From Klebsiella phage Sugarland: 64,000 nt of DNA. Shown piece by piece: positions 9,639-18,310 of the stretch (the first letter of the stretch is position 1; the number at the start of each line of letters is the position of its first letter). The notes under the pieces are model-generated. The model ran no database searches. It had not been told where the DNA came from and saw nothing but the letters and a program-made list of their open reading frames with translations. The stretch lies in sequence record NC_042093.1; one strand, 5' to 3'. The position numbers and the translations under genes are program-made.

Positions 9639-9748
9639 TGAGCGGCCTAATGTTTTTGGGCGTGATAGTTATTAGCGCAATCATTACCCTGGTAATAGTT
9701 TCAGTTGTAAACCATTTTTGGCCTGAGTGTTTCCACGGCGATATGTAG
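9638..9748 (+). CDS. tiny hydrophobic peptide 3 (36 aa)
   Basis: MSGLMFLGVIVISAIITLVIVSVVNHFW...; translationally coupled. Confidence 0.35.
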   Translation: MSGLMFLGVIVISAIITLVIVSVVNHFWPECFHGDM

Positions 9749-9871
9749 GAATGTCGCCGCCCTCCTCCACCGCGTGACCCCTTACTAAAATACCTCCACG
9801 AAAATTAAATCGCTTAGAACGCTTCCTAGACCCCTTAAAATCGACATTAGTAGAAAGTGTTGCTGGGAAAT

Positions 9872-9919
9872 ACTGTATAAATATACAGTAGGATAACCTG
9901 TTAATAAGTCTGTGGATAA
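9872..9919. repeat. right arm of inverted repeat with DnaA box TGTGGATAA and palindrome ACTGTATAAATATACAGT
   Basis: mirror of 5921-5956; further DnaA-like GGGGATAAC at 9973. Confidence 0.65.
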
Positions 9920-10012
9920 CTCGTCTGCGACCTTCTCAAGCGTCAATCTAATTTACAATTTTGTATAACTCTGGGGATAACTTAAATGGTAGTGTTTCTC
10001 ACTTCCTTTTAG

Positions 10013-10108
10013 AAATGCGAATCATTCTCATTCGCATTCAGCTTATCAAACGAGAATAATTATCATTCGCATTCAACTTCTCAAATGCGAATCATTCTCA
10101 TTCGTATT
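10013..10108. repeat. three copies of hairpin repeat AATGCGAATCATTCTCATTCGCATT (9-bp arms, 7-nt loop)
   Basis: copies at about 10013, 10052 (partial) and 10083. Confidence 0.6.
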
Positions 10109-10140
10109 TGCATTTCCGACCCCCGGCCCTTCCTGCGCTT

Positions 10141-10710
10141 ATGTGCGAATCCGACAATTTGTCAAGCAAAATATTACGTGAGGCTGCTAGGGTATGTGCA
10201 AATCCGATGAAAATTTATTTTTACCGCCCTGGGGGCATGTGCAAATCCGACACTAATATGTGCGTATCCGACAATAATTTTTAGGGGGAAGGCGCGCAGT
10301 TTGCTGCGGCGCAGCGGTGGGCGCGAGTCTGGGTGAGTATGTGCAAATCCGACGGGTATTTTTGGAGGAGGGATAAACGGGGTTAATTGGGGCAATTCGG
10401 GGATGATGGGGGCAGGGGGCAGATAAGGGAAAATATTATGAGTTAAATGGGGGTAAAGGGGTTGACACAGAAAAAATTCCTGTGGCTCTAAAAAACAAGC
10501 GAACTCACGGTGACACACCGTGTAAAAAGGCTTGAAATTTCAGGAGATATTTTATATTCGCAGAATCGAAGATTTTGATCCACAGCTACCGTTTGCTAGT
10601 ATATATGTGCATATCCGATAGTAGTTTTTATATGTGCATATCCGATAGTAGTTTTTATATGTGCATATCCGACATAGCTAGAGGTTAGTGCAAATCCGAT
10701 GATATTTTGT
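10141..10710. repeat. array of about 10 direct repeats with core ATGTGC(A/G)(A/T)ATCCGA(C/T)
   Basis: copies at 10141, 10195, 10238, 10258, 10339, 10604, 10631, 10658 and 10688; variable spacers; no credible ORF. Confidence 0.65.
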
Positions 10711-10714
10711 GACG

Positions 10715-10870
10715 CTTAGAACTTAGGCGAATGACGTGAGTTTGTGTGGGAACTTCGTGAGGACTTTGTGGAGTGACGCTTAGGACTTGGGAAGCTAGCG
10801 TTTTAATATGGGGATGTGTGAGGACTTCGTGGAATATGTGAAATGGCGTGGAACTTTGTGCAATTCTAGA
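10715..10870. repeat. degenerate direct repeats GACGCTTAG(A/G)ACTT and GGAACTTCGTGAGGACTTTGTGGAG
   Basis: 2-3 copies each, read directly. Confidence 0.5.
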
Positions 10871-11244
10871 AAAAGGCTTTCCGAAAAAGTGAGTTGGAAA
10901 ATAACCGCCCTCCCCTTAGGTGTATGGAAAGAACCGCCCTGTATAGAAAGATGACTAGAGTTCAACCCTAGAGCCGCGAAACGATGGTGTGTAAGGATTA
11001 CCTACTTTTAAACGTGAGTAATCGTGAGTTCATTCCCACGTTTCCTTTGTTTTCTTTATTGTGTCTTTTATTTTAGTTATAGATCCCCCTATTTCTCCCG
11101 ATGTAGCCGTGCTAGGCATCGCAGATTGTATCGTATGGCTGGTCACTCTTTGTACTCGCTTCGGAACTCCGCGCTACTAAAGTTAGCCATGATAATCTGT
11201 GCCTAGCTACATAAATTTATGAATTGTATGTAATCTATGAGATT

Positions 11245-11274
11245 ATTATAACACGGGCATAAAATAACTGTCAA
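11245..11274 (-). promoter_or_regulatory. near-consensus sigma70 promoter TTGACA-18-TATAAT pointing leftward into the ORF-free repeat region
   Basis: minus strand TTGACAGTTATTTTATGCCCGTGTTATAAT. Confidence 0.5.
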
Positions 11275-11290
11275 GAACATTTTGTAAGAG

Positions 11291-11328
11291 TTTGAAAAAG
11301 TGACAGGGACTTGGCGAGAGTCCCTGTG
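11291..11328 (-). terminator. intrinsic terminator
   Basis: minus strand ACAGGGACTCTCGCCAAGTCCCTGT then CACTTTTTC. Confidence 0.55.
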
Positions 11329-11334
11329 ATTAGC

Positions 11335-12072
11335 TTAGAGTTGATCTTTCCTTATGAATCTACCTTGGCTTAACATTGCGATATACAATGCTTCCGGGGA
11401 AGTCTCTAGGTGGTCTAACTCTTTAATGTCGAACGAACCTTTTGGTAACTCGCCAGGCTCGTCATGATCATATAAATACTCGACAGCATCTCCTAGCATG
11501 AGAGCATTCCCGATCTTCTTGATCTTTGAATATCTCTCTTTTACTAATGCTATTAACGCTAAATCCTCTTTGGTAAGGTTTAACTGCCTAGAGAGTTTTA
11601 CTGTCGTCTTCGTTATCTGTACAGCAATATCCAGAACTGAGGCTTGGTAATCTTTCCAGTCCTCAACCTTTTGAGCATCCCGTTGAAGATGTGGAAAATC
11701 GATATAGTCCTGGCATTTTCCATCAGGAATATGGTAACTGGGGAAGTCTTCCACTGCCTGCTGCCACGTAACTGTCTTCACCTTATCATGCGGATATGGC
11801 TCATCCATTATAACGTGGAAGGAGTTAACCATGAACTTCTTCTCAGTAACCGGATACATCTTGTGAACTTTATTCAAGTCCACGTAACCAGGAGCTAACG
11901 TTGTTTTCTTAGCATCCTTAGAATAAACAGGCTTGCCATTCTTCATCTCCGCTGGTCTTAGCTCTCCGGCTATTAGCACAGCGGATTTTTCTTCAAATGT
12001 TAGCTCTGAGAAGTTTTTACCTTTGGACTCCTTGGCTAGGGTGAATATAACCTTCAGCTTCTCTAGATTCAT
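11335..12072 (-). CDS. hypothetical protein
   Basis: 245-aa ORF. Confidence 0.5.
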   Translation of the reverse strand: MNLEKLKVIFTLAKESKGKNFSELTFEEKSAVLIAGELRPAEMKNGKPVYSKDAKKTTLAPGYVDLNKVHKMYPVTEKKFMVNSFHVIMDEPYPHDKVKTVTWQQAVEDFPSYHIPDGKCQDYIDFPHLQRDAQKVEDWKDYQASVLDIAVQITKTTVKLSRQLNLTKEDLALIALVKERYSKIKKIGNALMLGDAVEYLYDHDEPGELPKGSFDIKELDHLETSPEALYIAMLSQGRFIRKDQL

Positions 12073-12506
12073 AGGTCACGTCCTGCTGGTGCCTTAGGGG
12101 CTTTCCCATAAAGGATTTCAATCGCATCTTCCTGAGTTAGCTGACCACCTATAATATCCAGCAAACGAACAGCCTCGTCTTGGAAGTCCTGTATCAGGGA
12201 TGCCTTAAACATACGTTTATTGGTACCTGCAACTTTAGTCAGACGTCTAACCGTACTAACTAATGCGTAGAGCAAATAGTTCTCTTCTAGAGACTCGCCT
12301 TCTGCAGCCCAATCAGACGCGGTTAACGTCCCTGTATTGGTGACGTCAATAATCTCCCGAGAATGCCCGTCTCCGTTGGTGGTGATTAGATGTACTTCTG
12401 CGTACAGATCCTCATTTTCAATGTTGTAATAACTGAAGACACAAACACGGGTTGCAGAGGTTAACATTTCGTTTAAGTGCATTACTTTTTTGATTTCATC
12501 AAACAT
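12069..12506 (-). CDS. hypothetical protein
   Basis: 145 aa, ATGA overlap. Confidence 0.5.
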   Translation of the reverse strand: MFDEIKKVMHLNEMLTSATRVCVFSYYNIENEDLYAEVHLITTNGDGHSREIIDVTNTGTLTASDWAAEGESLEENYLLYALVSTVRRLTKVAGTNKRMFKASLIQDFQDEAVRLLDIIGGQLTQEDAIEILYGKAPKAPAGRDL

Positions 12507-12554
12507 TTTATTTACCTTATCGTCGCCACTTTCAAAGGGCAGTGGCCATCCTAT

Positions 12555-12875
12555 CTAACTTTCTTCACTCCACCTAGAGTGTGAGAACGGCTCTCTACCT
12601 GTCAAGCGTTCAATCATCCTCCGGTGCTCCCGCTCTCTGTGTTCCTTAAACACCTGAAGAGCGGCGAAACTGTCCACTGGCGTGTACGGCACGCCGTTAA
12701 CTTTGAGGATATCCTCGCCTCTGATCTTGAATAGCGGGTTGTCCTGCTGGGCCTTAGCGTGGCATTCGCTCAAGTACTCTGCGAAAGGTTTGCCATCTTC
12801 CCGAGTACACAGGGTGCGAAGAAGATAGCTACAGTTCTCTCCAACCGGAGTCCATACTTCATATTTCTCGTTCAT
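12555..12875 (-). CDS. hypothetical protein
   Basis: 106 aa. Confidence 0.5.
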   Translation of the reverse strand: MNEKYEVWTPVGENCSYLLRTLCTREDGKPFAEYLSECHAKAQQDNPLFKIRGEDILKVNGVPYTPVDSFAALQVFKEHREREHRRMIERLTGREPFSHSRWSEES

Positions 12876-12887
12876 TGTGTTATCCTC

Positions 12888-13397
12888 TTACATAAAGAAA
12901 TCTTCATCGGATTCAGCTATTTCTTTATAAAAGCCGTGATATGCGGCAGCTGCCTCGCTAGGTGCTGCCATGTCGAATAAGCGTGCTCTTTGTTTTAATT
13001 CTGCTTTATTTTGGCACTGCCTAATCATTTCTTCGACTTCTTGCTGCAAGCGTGCATCTACCCGAACCACTAGCTCACCGTCGTGAATCGCCCCGACTTT
13101 GTAAGTTAACATCGTGAGATAGCCCGGGTGCTGTCGAGACTTCTTGAGAACCACGTTAGTATACGCTGTTAACTCATGGACGAATACTGCACCTGGGAAC
13201 ACATAAGGAGTTAGCTTCTTACGAGCTTTTACTGCCTTAATATCTATTAAATGAAAGAAGTCTTTCGGAGTCTTGGATATGTCGTCCGGTACTTCTAATT
13301 GGAACTGATTCCAGAGGATACGTACTTTGCTTTCAGACATACCGTAAACAATGTACGTTTCGTTAGCTTCTTCAAAATCAACTGTACAGAATAACAT
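12888..13397 (-). CDS. hypothetical protein
   Basis: 169 aa. Confidence 0.5.
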   Translation of the reverse strand: MLFCTVDFEEANETYIVYGMSESKVRILWNQFQLEVPDDISKTPKDFFHLIDIKAVKARKKLTPYVFPGAVFVHELTAYTNVVLKKSRQHPGYLTMLTYKVGAIHDGELVVRVDARLQQEVEEMIRQCQNKAELKQRARLFDMAAPSEAAAAYHGFYKEIAESDEDFFM

Positions 13398-13409
13398 ATC
13401 CTAGCCCTC

Positions 13410-13811
13410 TTACTTGTTGTAGAACTCAGTAGCACGATCCCACTTCTGGATGCTCTCGATATTGCTCTGATCCCAGAAGTTTCTGGTATTGGTCAGTGCA
13501 GAAACATGCGGCTGAATAAGTTCGAACTTACCAACGGTAGCCCCACTAGTCAGCAGTAACGAGGTTAACGCTTCGAACTTAACGGTATCGCTACCGGACA
13601 GCTCACTTACTGCTTTAACCTTGTCAATTATAGAGATCATCTTAGCCTCTTCACCCACGAATGTAAAGCGCAGGTTACGGAAGCGGAAAGAGATAGCTGC
13701 TACACTCGGCTTGCTAGAGTCCGGGGAGTAGTTCGGATGGAACTTGATCTCAGATACTGACTGGTCTGTCAGATAGTTGGTGCTCGGATTATTCAGGGAA
13801 TCGTATTTCAT
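13410..13811 (-). CDS. hypothetical protein
   Basis: 133 aa. Confidence 0.5.
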   Translation of the reverse strand: MKYDSLNNPSTNYLTDQSVSEIKFHPNYSPDSSKPSVAAISFRFRNLRFTFVGEEAKMISIIDKVKAVSELSGSDTVKFEALTSLLLTSGATVGKFELIQPHVSALTNTRNFWDQSNIESIQKWDRATEFYNK

Positions 13812-14265
13812 CTTTAACCTCCAAAGGCTTTATCAATTTACTGGAGTTATTATACCAAATAATGGAGTCTCCGTCAATTGAAAATTTGTGATAGTATGCT
13901 GGCACGGTGTAACTTCCATAATCCGTAACTCTAGTAACCATGCGGTGTCTGCATTTTTGGCAACCATTGCCCTCTAGGTGACTTCTAGCAGTTTGCATGA
14001 AGTAATCCTGATGGTCTGGGCACCATATTTCCACCAGCTGATTTAGGCTGTGAAATACTAGCTTCTCATATCCGAAGAATACTCCATGAGCGTCTAGAGC
14101 ACGGTTAATAAAGATGAGGTTCTTAGCATCTTGCCTGAAATCTGGCCTTAGCTGCTTTATTTTATTATGGTTGATCGAACCGTCGCGTTTAAGGAACTGA
14201 TTAATGGGGAAGGATTTAGCTTCCCATACTAGTTCTTGATTTATCTTCTGTCTTAATTCTTCCAC
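13789..14265 (-). CDS. hypothetical protein with Cys/His cluster (possible Zn-binding or HNH-like)
   Basis: 158 aa; CPDH...H...GNGCQKCRH. Confidence 0.4.
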   Translation of the reverse strand: MEELRQKINQELVWEAKSFPINQFLKRDGSINHNKIKQLRPDFRQDAKNLIFINRALDAHGVFFGYEKLVFHSLNQLVEIWCPDHQDYFMQTARSHLEGNGCQKCRHRMVTRVTDYGSYTVPAYYHKFSIDGDSIIWYNNSSKLIKPLEVKDEIRFPE

Positions 14266-14453
14266 TACTCAAATTCCTTTTTCAACCTCTCGTATAGGTC
14301 TCTGGATTGCTTCCAGTTAAGGTATACTCGATTAGGCTGATTGCCGCCTCCACGTTGAGTAAGTATAAAACACTCTTTCCTAACCTTCTCAACAGTAACT
14401 GCTGATTGATCTACAGGATTTTCTCCCCGTAAATAGTTGTCTATAGATTTCAT
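14265..14453 (-). CDS. small hypothetical protein
   Basis: 62 aa. Confidence 0.4.
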   Translation of the reverse strand: MKSIDNYLRGENPVDQSAVTVEKVRKECFILTQRGGGNQPNRVYLNWKQSRDLYERLKKEFE

Positions 14454-14471
14454 TTAACATCCTTAAACCAC

Positions 14472-14500
14472 GAAAGGCCAGAGCAATTAGCCCTGGCCTC
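14472..14500 (-). terminator. intrinsic terminator
   Basis: minus strand GGCCAGGGCTAATTGCTCTGGCC then TTTCGTGGTTT. Confidence 0.45.
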
Positions 14501-14504
14501 TTTG

Positions 14505-14792
14505 TTAGGTGAACAGATCCAGAAACTCCTCTGGATAATCGGAAGGATCTCCAAAGTCGATGTGATCTGCGTTAATCGGGTAGCCTTCCTTCGTCTTGAT
14601 GCCCTGAAGAACATGGGCCAACACATCAAAGTCTACGCTGCTGTTGTTAGTGCAGCTTGCCCAGGCTTCCTGACGGTGGACGCATTTGCCGTCCACCATA
14701 ACCTCAACACCGTAGCCAGTATTCCAGCAACCGTATTCGCAATCCCCAGAATCTTCTTCCAGGAAGTTTACCACAACGTGTTTCTTAGCCAT
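14505..14792 (-). CDS. hypothetical acidic protein
   Basis: 95 aa. Confidence 0.5.
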   Translation of the reverse strand: MAKKHVVVNFLEEDSGDCEYGCWNTGYGVEVMVDGKCVHRQEAWASCTNNSSVDFDVLAHVLQGIKTKEGYPINADHIDFGDPSDYPEEFLDLFT

Positions 14793-14803
14793 TTGTCACC
14801 CTC

Positions 14804-15235
14804 TTAGTGAATAGTACCGTCGATGCCTTCCACATGGATATCAATTGCCATTTTCAGCATTGACTCCGATTTATCAAACTCTTTCTTTGAAGCCAAGAGA
14901 GCTTCACCACGAGCTTTCCCATACTCTGCAATAGCGTTCAGCGTGTGTTTCAGGATATCATCGGTAGATAAGCCCTGGGTTTGCCAATGGACTTGAGCTG
15001 TGGCGATGTTCACCATAAACTTACTCAGCTCAACACGTTCTTCGTCTAGTGCCTGCATTACATGAGTTTTGCAGTTATAGAAGGAGTTCAGACAAATGTC
15101 TTCTTCGGTCAGACCTTCAACCAGAAGCATCTTCTCTACTTGCGCCAGGCGATCAAGCCACGGATTTTGGAGCATCAAATTTTTCACTTGCATGGTATAA
15201 GTTCCCGTCGTTAATTGGTGCGAATGATTTTGCAT
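14804..15235 (-). CDS. hypothetical protein
   Basis: 143 aa; true start may be an internal Met. Confidence 0.45.
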   Translation of the reverse strand: MQNHSHQLTTGTYTMQVKNLMLQNPWLDRLAQVEKMLLVEGLTEEDICLNSFYNCKTHVMQALDEERVELSKFMVNIATAQVHWQTQGLSTDDILKHTLNAIAEYGKARGEALLASKKEFDKSESMLKMAIDIHVEGIDGTIH

Positions 15236-15620
15236 TGCGTTCAGGACGTTGTTTAGCGATCCAGCCCAGCATCATTTGTCGAGGTAAGACAACTGCTGTG
15301 TTCAGCAGCACTTCGTAGATCCAGTAGCGTGCGTTCTGATACTTACCGAACTCATACGCTTTCTTGAACAAGCCCCAAACCACGCTAAGCTCTAGCGTCT
15401 CTGCATTTGCAGTCTGCCGGAATGGTATCACTTTGGAGCCAATGAGTTCTTTCAGAGCGGAGTTGATATCCTGATGGCTGAACGTGGTCTCATGGAACTC
15501 GTTGAAGAAACGATAATCCAGGGCGTTATTAGCGTTGACAAACATCTGGATGAACAGATCGCTGAACTCTTGGTGCTCACGATTAAAATATTGATTTAAA
15601 ACTTCAGTTGATGCGGCCAT
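15153..15620 (-). CDS. hypothetical protein
   Basis: 155 aa. Confidence 0.5.
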   Translation of the reverse strand: MAASTEVLNQYFNREHQEFSDLFIQMFVNANNALDYRFFNEFHETTFSHQDINSALKELIGSKVIPFRQTANAETLELSVVWGLFKKAYEFGKYQNARYWIYEVLLNTAVVLPRQMMLGWIAKQRPERNAKSFAPINDGNLYHASEKFDAPKSVA

Positions 15621-15831
15621 CTTTCCACCCGTTAATTGCTACGAGATACATCTCGTAAATGAATACAGTGACTGGTTGAATTGCTTCCATGTAGAACGTC
15701 GCCGGGACGTTATGGAAGACTGAAACCACCATGGAGAGGAACAATGCCCAGCCTAGGAAACGGCTGGGGAGTTCTCGCCAGACCTGGAAGTTACAATCCA
15801 GGAAGTTATAGATTCGAAGCTGATTAAGCAT
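15604..15831 (-). CDS. small membrane protein
   Basis: 75 aa, hydrophobic core. Confidence 0.4.
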   Translation of the reverse strand: MLNQLRIYNFLDCNFQVWRELPSRFLGWALFLSMVVSVFHNVPATFYMEAIQPVTVFIYEMYLVAINGWKDGRIN

Positions 15832-16165
15832 TGGTCAGTCTCCAGTAATAGTGACGAGTATTAAACTCGAAAGGTTCGTCGGTGATCTTGGTGTGCAGAG
15901 TGATGATATCTGGAGAGTAGGACTTTGCCAGATCTCTGCGAACCATCACAGTGTTAAACGGAGCGCCGTCAGCACGCTGAACCACGATTGCCAAGCCTAG
16001 AGGAGGAAGCTCACTCAAAGGACGCCATGAGTCCTTCTCAGCAAGCTCAATTTTGGCGATTAAGGCAATTGACTCAACGATATCTTCATCACAAAGCAAA
16101 TCGTGGTCTACTACCTGACGCAGAGCATCTACTAACACTTGGCGTTCTTTGGAGTTAAGATTCAT
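15824..16165 (-). CDS. hypothetical protein
   Basis: 113 aa. Confidence 0.5.
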   Translation of the reverse strand: MNLNSKERQVLVDALRQVVDHDLLCDEDIVESIALIAKIELAEKDSWRPLSELPPLGLAIVVQRADGAPFNTVMVRRDLAKSYSPDIITLHTKITDEPFEFNTRHYYWRLTNA

Positions 16166-16410
16166 TTTTCTTCCTTCTTAATGGTGTTTTCAATATCGTC
16201 CAGCAATGCTGTGCAGTTATCGTAGTTAACTTTGCCCCGGCCAAAGATTCTTAAAACACAGGCGTAGTACCCGGTTAACAGAATTGCCAGAGGATACAGA
16301 GGAACCAGCATTGCTGCCTTGATAGTACCTTTTAAACCGAAGCCGTGGTACTTCCCGGACAGGTAGCCAACAACTACTAAGTAAAGTGCTGCTACAATTG
16401 GTGAGATCAT
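16162..16410 (-). CDS. small membrane protein (2 TM)
   Basis: 82 aa. Confidence 0.45.
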   Translation of the reverse strand: MISPIVAALYLVVVGYLSGKYHGFGLKGTIKAAMLVPLYPLAILLTGYYACVLRIFGRGKVNYDNCTALLDDIENTIKKEEK

Positions 16411-16688
16411 TTCTTAATCTCCGTGATCAACCGCATTTTGGTTGTCTTCGACATTGTGGAATCCTGACCGATAATCTCTTCAATCTTAGCCAGGCGAACT
16501 AAGAGTCGTTCAGCCGCAGCAGAGAACTCATCGGCGTCCTGTACTTGACTCATCAACTTCTCATGGAGTCCGTTATTGGTCAATCTCATTCTGCGATTAT
16601 TTTCCCGCAGTATTGATACCCAAACCGCCAGACCCGTTCCAGTTACGAGGGCTGCTATTAACAGCCCGGAGAGAATTTCTAGTACCAT
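16407..16688 (-). CDS. membrane-anchored protein (N-terminal TM)
   Basis: 93 aa. Confidence 0.45.
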   Translation of the reverse strand: MVLEILSGLLIAALVTGTGLAVWVSILRENNRRMRLTNNGLHEKLMSQVQDADEFSAAAERLLVRLAKIEEIIGQDSTMSKTTKMRLITEIKK

Positions 16689-16993
16689 TACTTTTTCTTC
16701 GCCTTTTCACGTTTCAGGTCACGTTCGAAGCTCTCAGCACGACGCTCAGCAACCTGCTGGTGTTCTTTGGCCCAACGTGCCTCATTTTTAGCGAGGTTGT
16801 AGGCCGCAGCATTTTTGTTAGTACCTTCGTACAGAGCACGAAGTGCCGGGAGAGACAGTTTAGCAAGCTGACCTTCGAACCCATCCATATCCAGCAGGAT
16901 TACCAGTACCGCAACCATTTCGTCTTTGGTCAGGGTGTTAGCTTGTTCGTCAGCAGTTTTACCAGTGGTGTAAGAGATAGTGTTCTTAGCCAT
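16688..16993 (-). CDS. hypothetical protein
   Basis: 101 aa; promoter at 17028-17056 just upstream. Confidence 0.5.
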   Translation of the reverse strand: MAKNTISYTTGKTADEQANTLTKDEMVAVLVILLDMDGFEGQLAKLSLPALRALYEGTNKNAAAYNLAKNEARWAKEHQQVAERRAESFERDLKREKAKKK

Positions 16994-17027
16994 AATGATT
17001 TCCGTCCGTTTCGTTAATTTATGCGTA

Positions 17028-17056
17028 TATTATACCGAAATTCTAACTACTTAGCA
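17028..17056 (-). promoter_or_regulatory. T5-type early promoter TTGCTA-17-TATAAT
   Basis: minus strand; AT-rich UP region. Confidence 0.55.
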
Positions 17057-17075
17057 AGTGAATTTTTTAAACTTT

Positions 17076-17504
17076 TTACCAATCGATCCGGTAAGCGTAA
17101 ACTTCAGAATGGATGTGTTCTTCTACCAGTTTCTTAATTTCCGGCCAGTTCTTTTGAATCTCGTCTAGAACATAGTCATTCGAAGCGTCTTCCCATTCGT
17201 CAGGAGTGCGCATGAAAGAGTTCGCATACTCCAGTACACTCTCCAGAACATCGGTCAGGTAAACTATTTCCCCACGATTGCAGTAGGCGTGCTGATAATC
17301 CCGGCGACTTTCATTAAACGGGGAGTCGCTGAGGTAATCTCCCATATGAAGGAGTTCATCGGCGAACTCCTCAAATGCCTTGACACGAGCGGACAGCGGT
17401 ATGCTTTCATCGCGCATCAGCAGGTTAAAAGAAGCACGGGCAGTGTTAACTGCGTGGCGAAGGGATTCCATATTTGCATTCAGTTCGATCATTGCGTTTT
17501 TCAT
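17076..17504 (-). CDS. hypothetical protein
   Basis: 142 aa. Confidence 0.5.
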   Translation of the reverse strand: MKNAMIELNANMESLRHAVNTARASFNLLMRDESIPLSARVKAFEEFADELLHMGDYLSDSPFNESRRDYQHAYCNRGEIVYLTDVLESVLEYANSFMRTPDEWEDASNDYVLDEIQKNWPEIKKLVEEHIHSEVYAYRIDW

Positions 17505-17532
17505 ATTTGCTTCCTCATCAATTTATAAAGCT

Positions 17533-17561
17533 ATTATACAGAAAAATTGGCTCGGAAGCAA
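17533..17561 (-). promoter_or_regulatory. T5-type early promoter TTGCTT-17-TATAAT
   Basis: minus strand. Confidence 0.5.
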
Positions 17562-17567
17562 CTGAAT

Positions 17568-17687
17568 TTAAAATACAAATGCTACGAGCGCCCAGATTCC
17601 GCCTACAATTGCTGCACCGACTAACGCAGCCAGGATTAAAAGGCCAATAAACATCTTGGCCATATCATTTCCCATTCCAGTATACAT
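17568..17687 (-). CDS. 39-aa single-TM peptide
   Basis: MYTGMGNDMAKMFIGLLILAALVGAAIVGGIWALVAFVF; SD GGAG; TAA-CC-ATG coupling to upstream gene. Confidence 0.4.
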   Translation of the reverse strand: MYTGMGNDMAKMFIGLLILAALVGAAIVGGIWALVAFVF

Positions 17688-17689
17688 GG

Positions 17690-18058
17690 TTACTCCTCGA
17701 TTACCAGTCTTCTCATGTAGTCGTTCCACCCTGCACAGAATGGAGAAATACCCCGGAGTAGTTCGGTGGACTGGTGCTGCTTATAGTGATCTTCTGCAGC
17801 CTTAGCCCCGCGTTTCTTCTCCGCCCTTTTATTAAACTCTTCCAGCACGATACGTCCTTCTAGGGCTTCTTTAGCGATAGGATACTCCGGCCAATCCTCC
17901 TCTAGAACGAGGTAGTTTGGAAACCCTACCTTACCGTCAGCTTCCCGACCTTTATAAATCAGGGATAAGCTGTCGTTTATTTCCCGAATAGCAGTGCTGG
18001 TTAGATACTTAGCGGCATCTGACTGCTTAAATACAATATAGCGAGATTCGAGTTTCAT
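17690..18058 (-). CDS. hypothetical protein
   Basis: 122 aa. Confidence 0.5.
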   Translation of the reverse strand: MKLESRYIVFKQSDAAKYLTSTAIREINDSLSLIYKGREADGKVGFPNYLVLEEDWPEYPIAKEALEGRIVLEEFNKRAEKKRGAKAAEDHYKQHQSTELLRGISPFCAGWNDYMRRLVIEE

Positions 18059-18066
18059 GATTTACC

Positions 18067-18300
18067 TCAGGCAGTGAATAGAATGTCGTCCAGTAGATCG
18101 CCCATTGGGCGATCTTTATGGATCTCCCAGAACTCTTTAGGTTCCCAGGTTTCAGTGTCCGGGGCAACCAGAACCGAGATATTCGCGTCATCTGTAAACA
18201 CGGAGTTGCCGTTGTCCAGCATTGCGACACATTTCTGCAACTCGAAACCACCAGCAACTACGAATACTTCACCTTCTTCCAGATCTTTGAAAAGTTTCAT
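18067..18300 (-). CDS. hypothetical protein
   Basis: 77 aa. Confidence 0.45.
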   Translation of the reverse strand: MKLFKDLEEGEVFVVAGGFELQKCVAMLDNGNSVFTDDANISVLVAPDTETWEPKEFWEIHKDRPMGDLLDDILFTA

Positions 18301-18310
18301 GCTTCACCTA

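Noticed and set aside
10174-10518. 114-aa proline-rich ORF on the minus strand
   Set aside because: Lies entirely within the short-repeat array. Its composition is dictated by the repeats, and it has no ribosome site. Treated as an artefact.
11024-11206. 60-aa plus-strand ORF
   Set aside because: No SD. Cys/Arg/Phe-rich nonsense composition. Lies in a non-coding stretch downstream of a leftward promoter.
14502-14807. 101-aa plus-strand ORF
   Set aside because: Antisense to ORF 14505..14792, which fits the leftward operon structure and is followed by a terminator on the minus strand.
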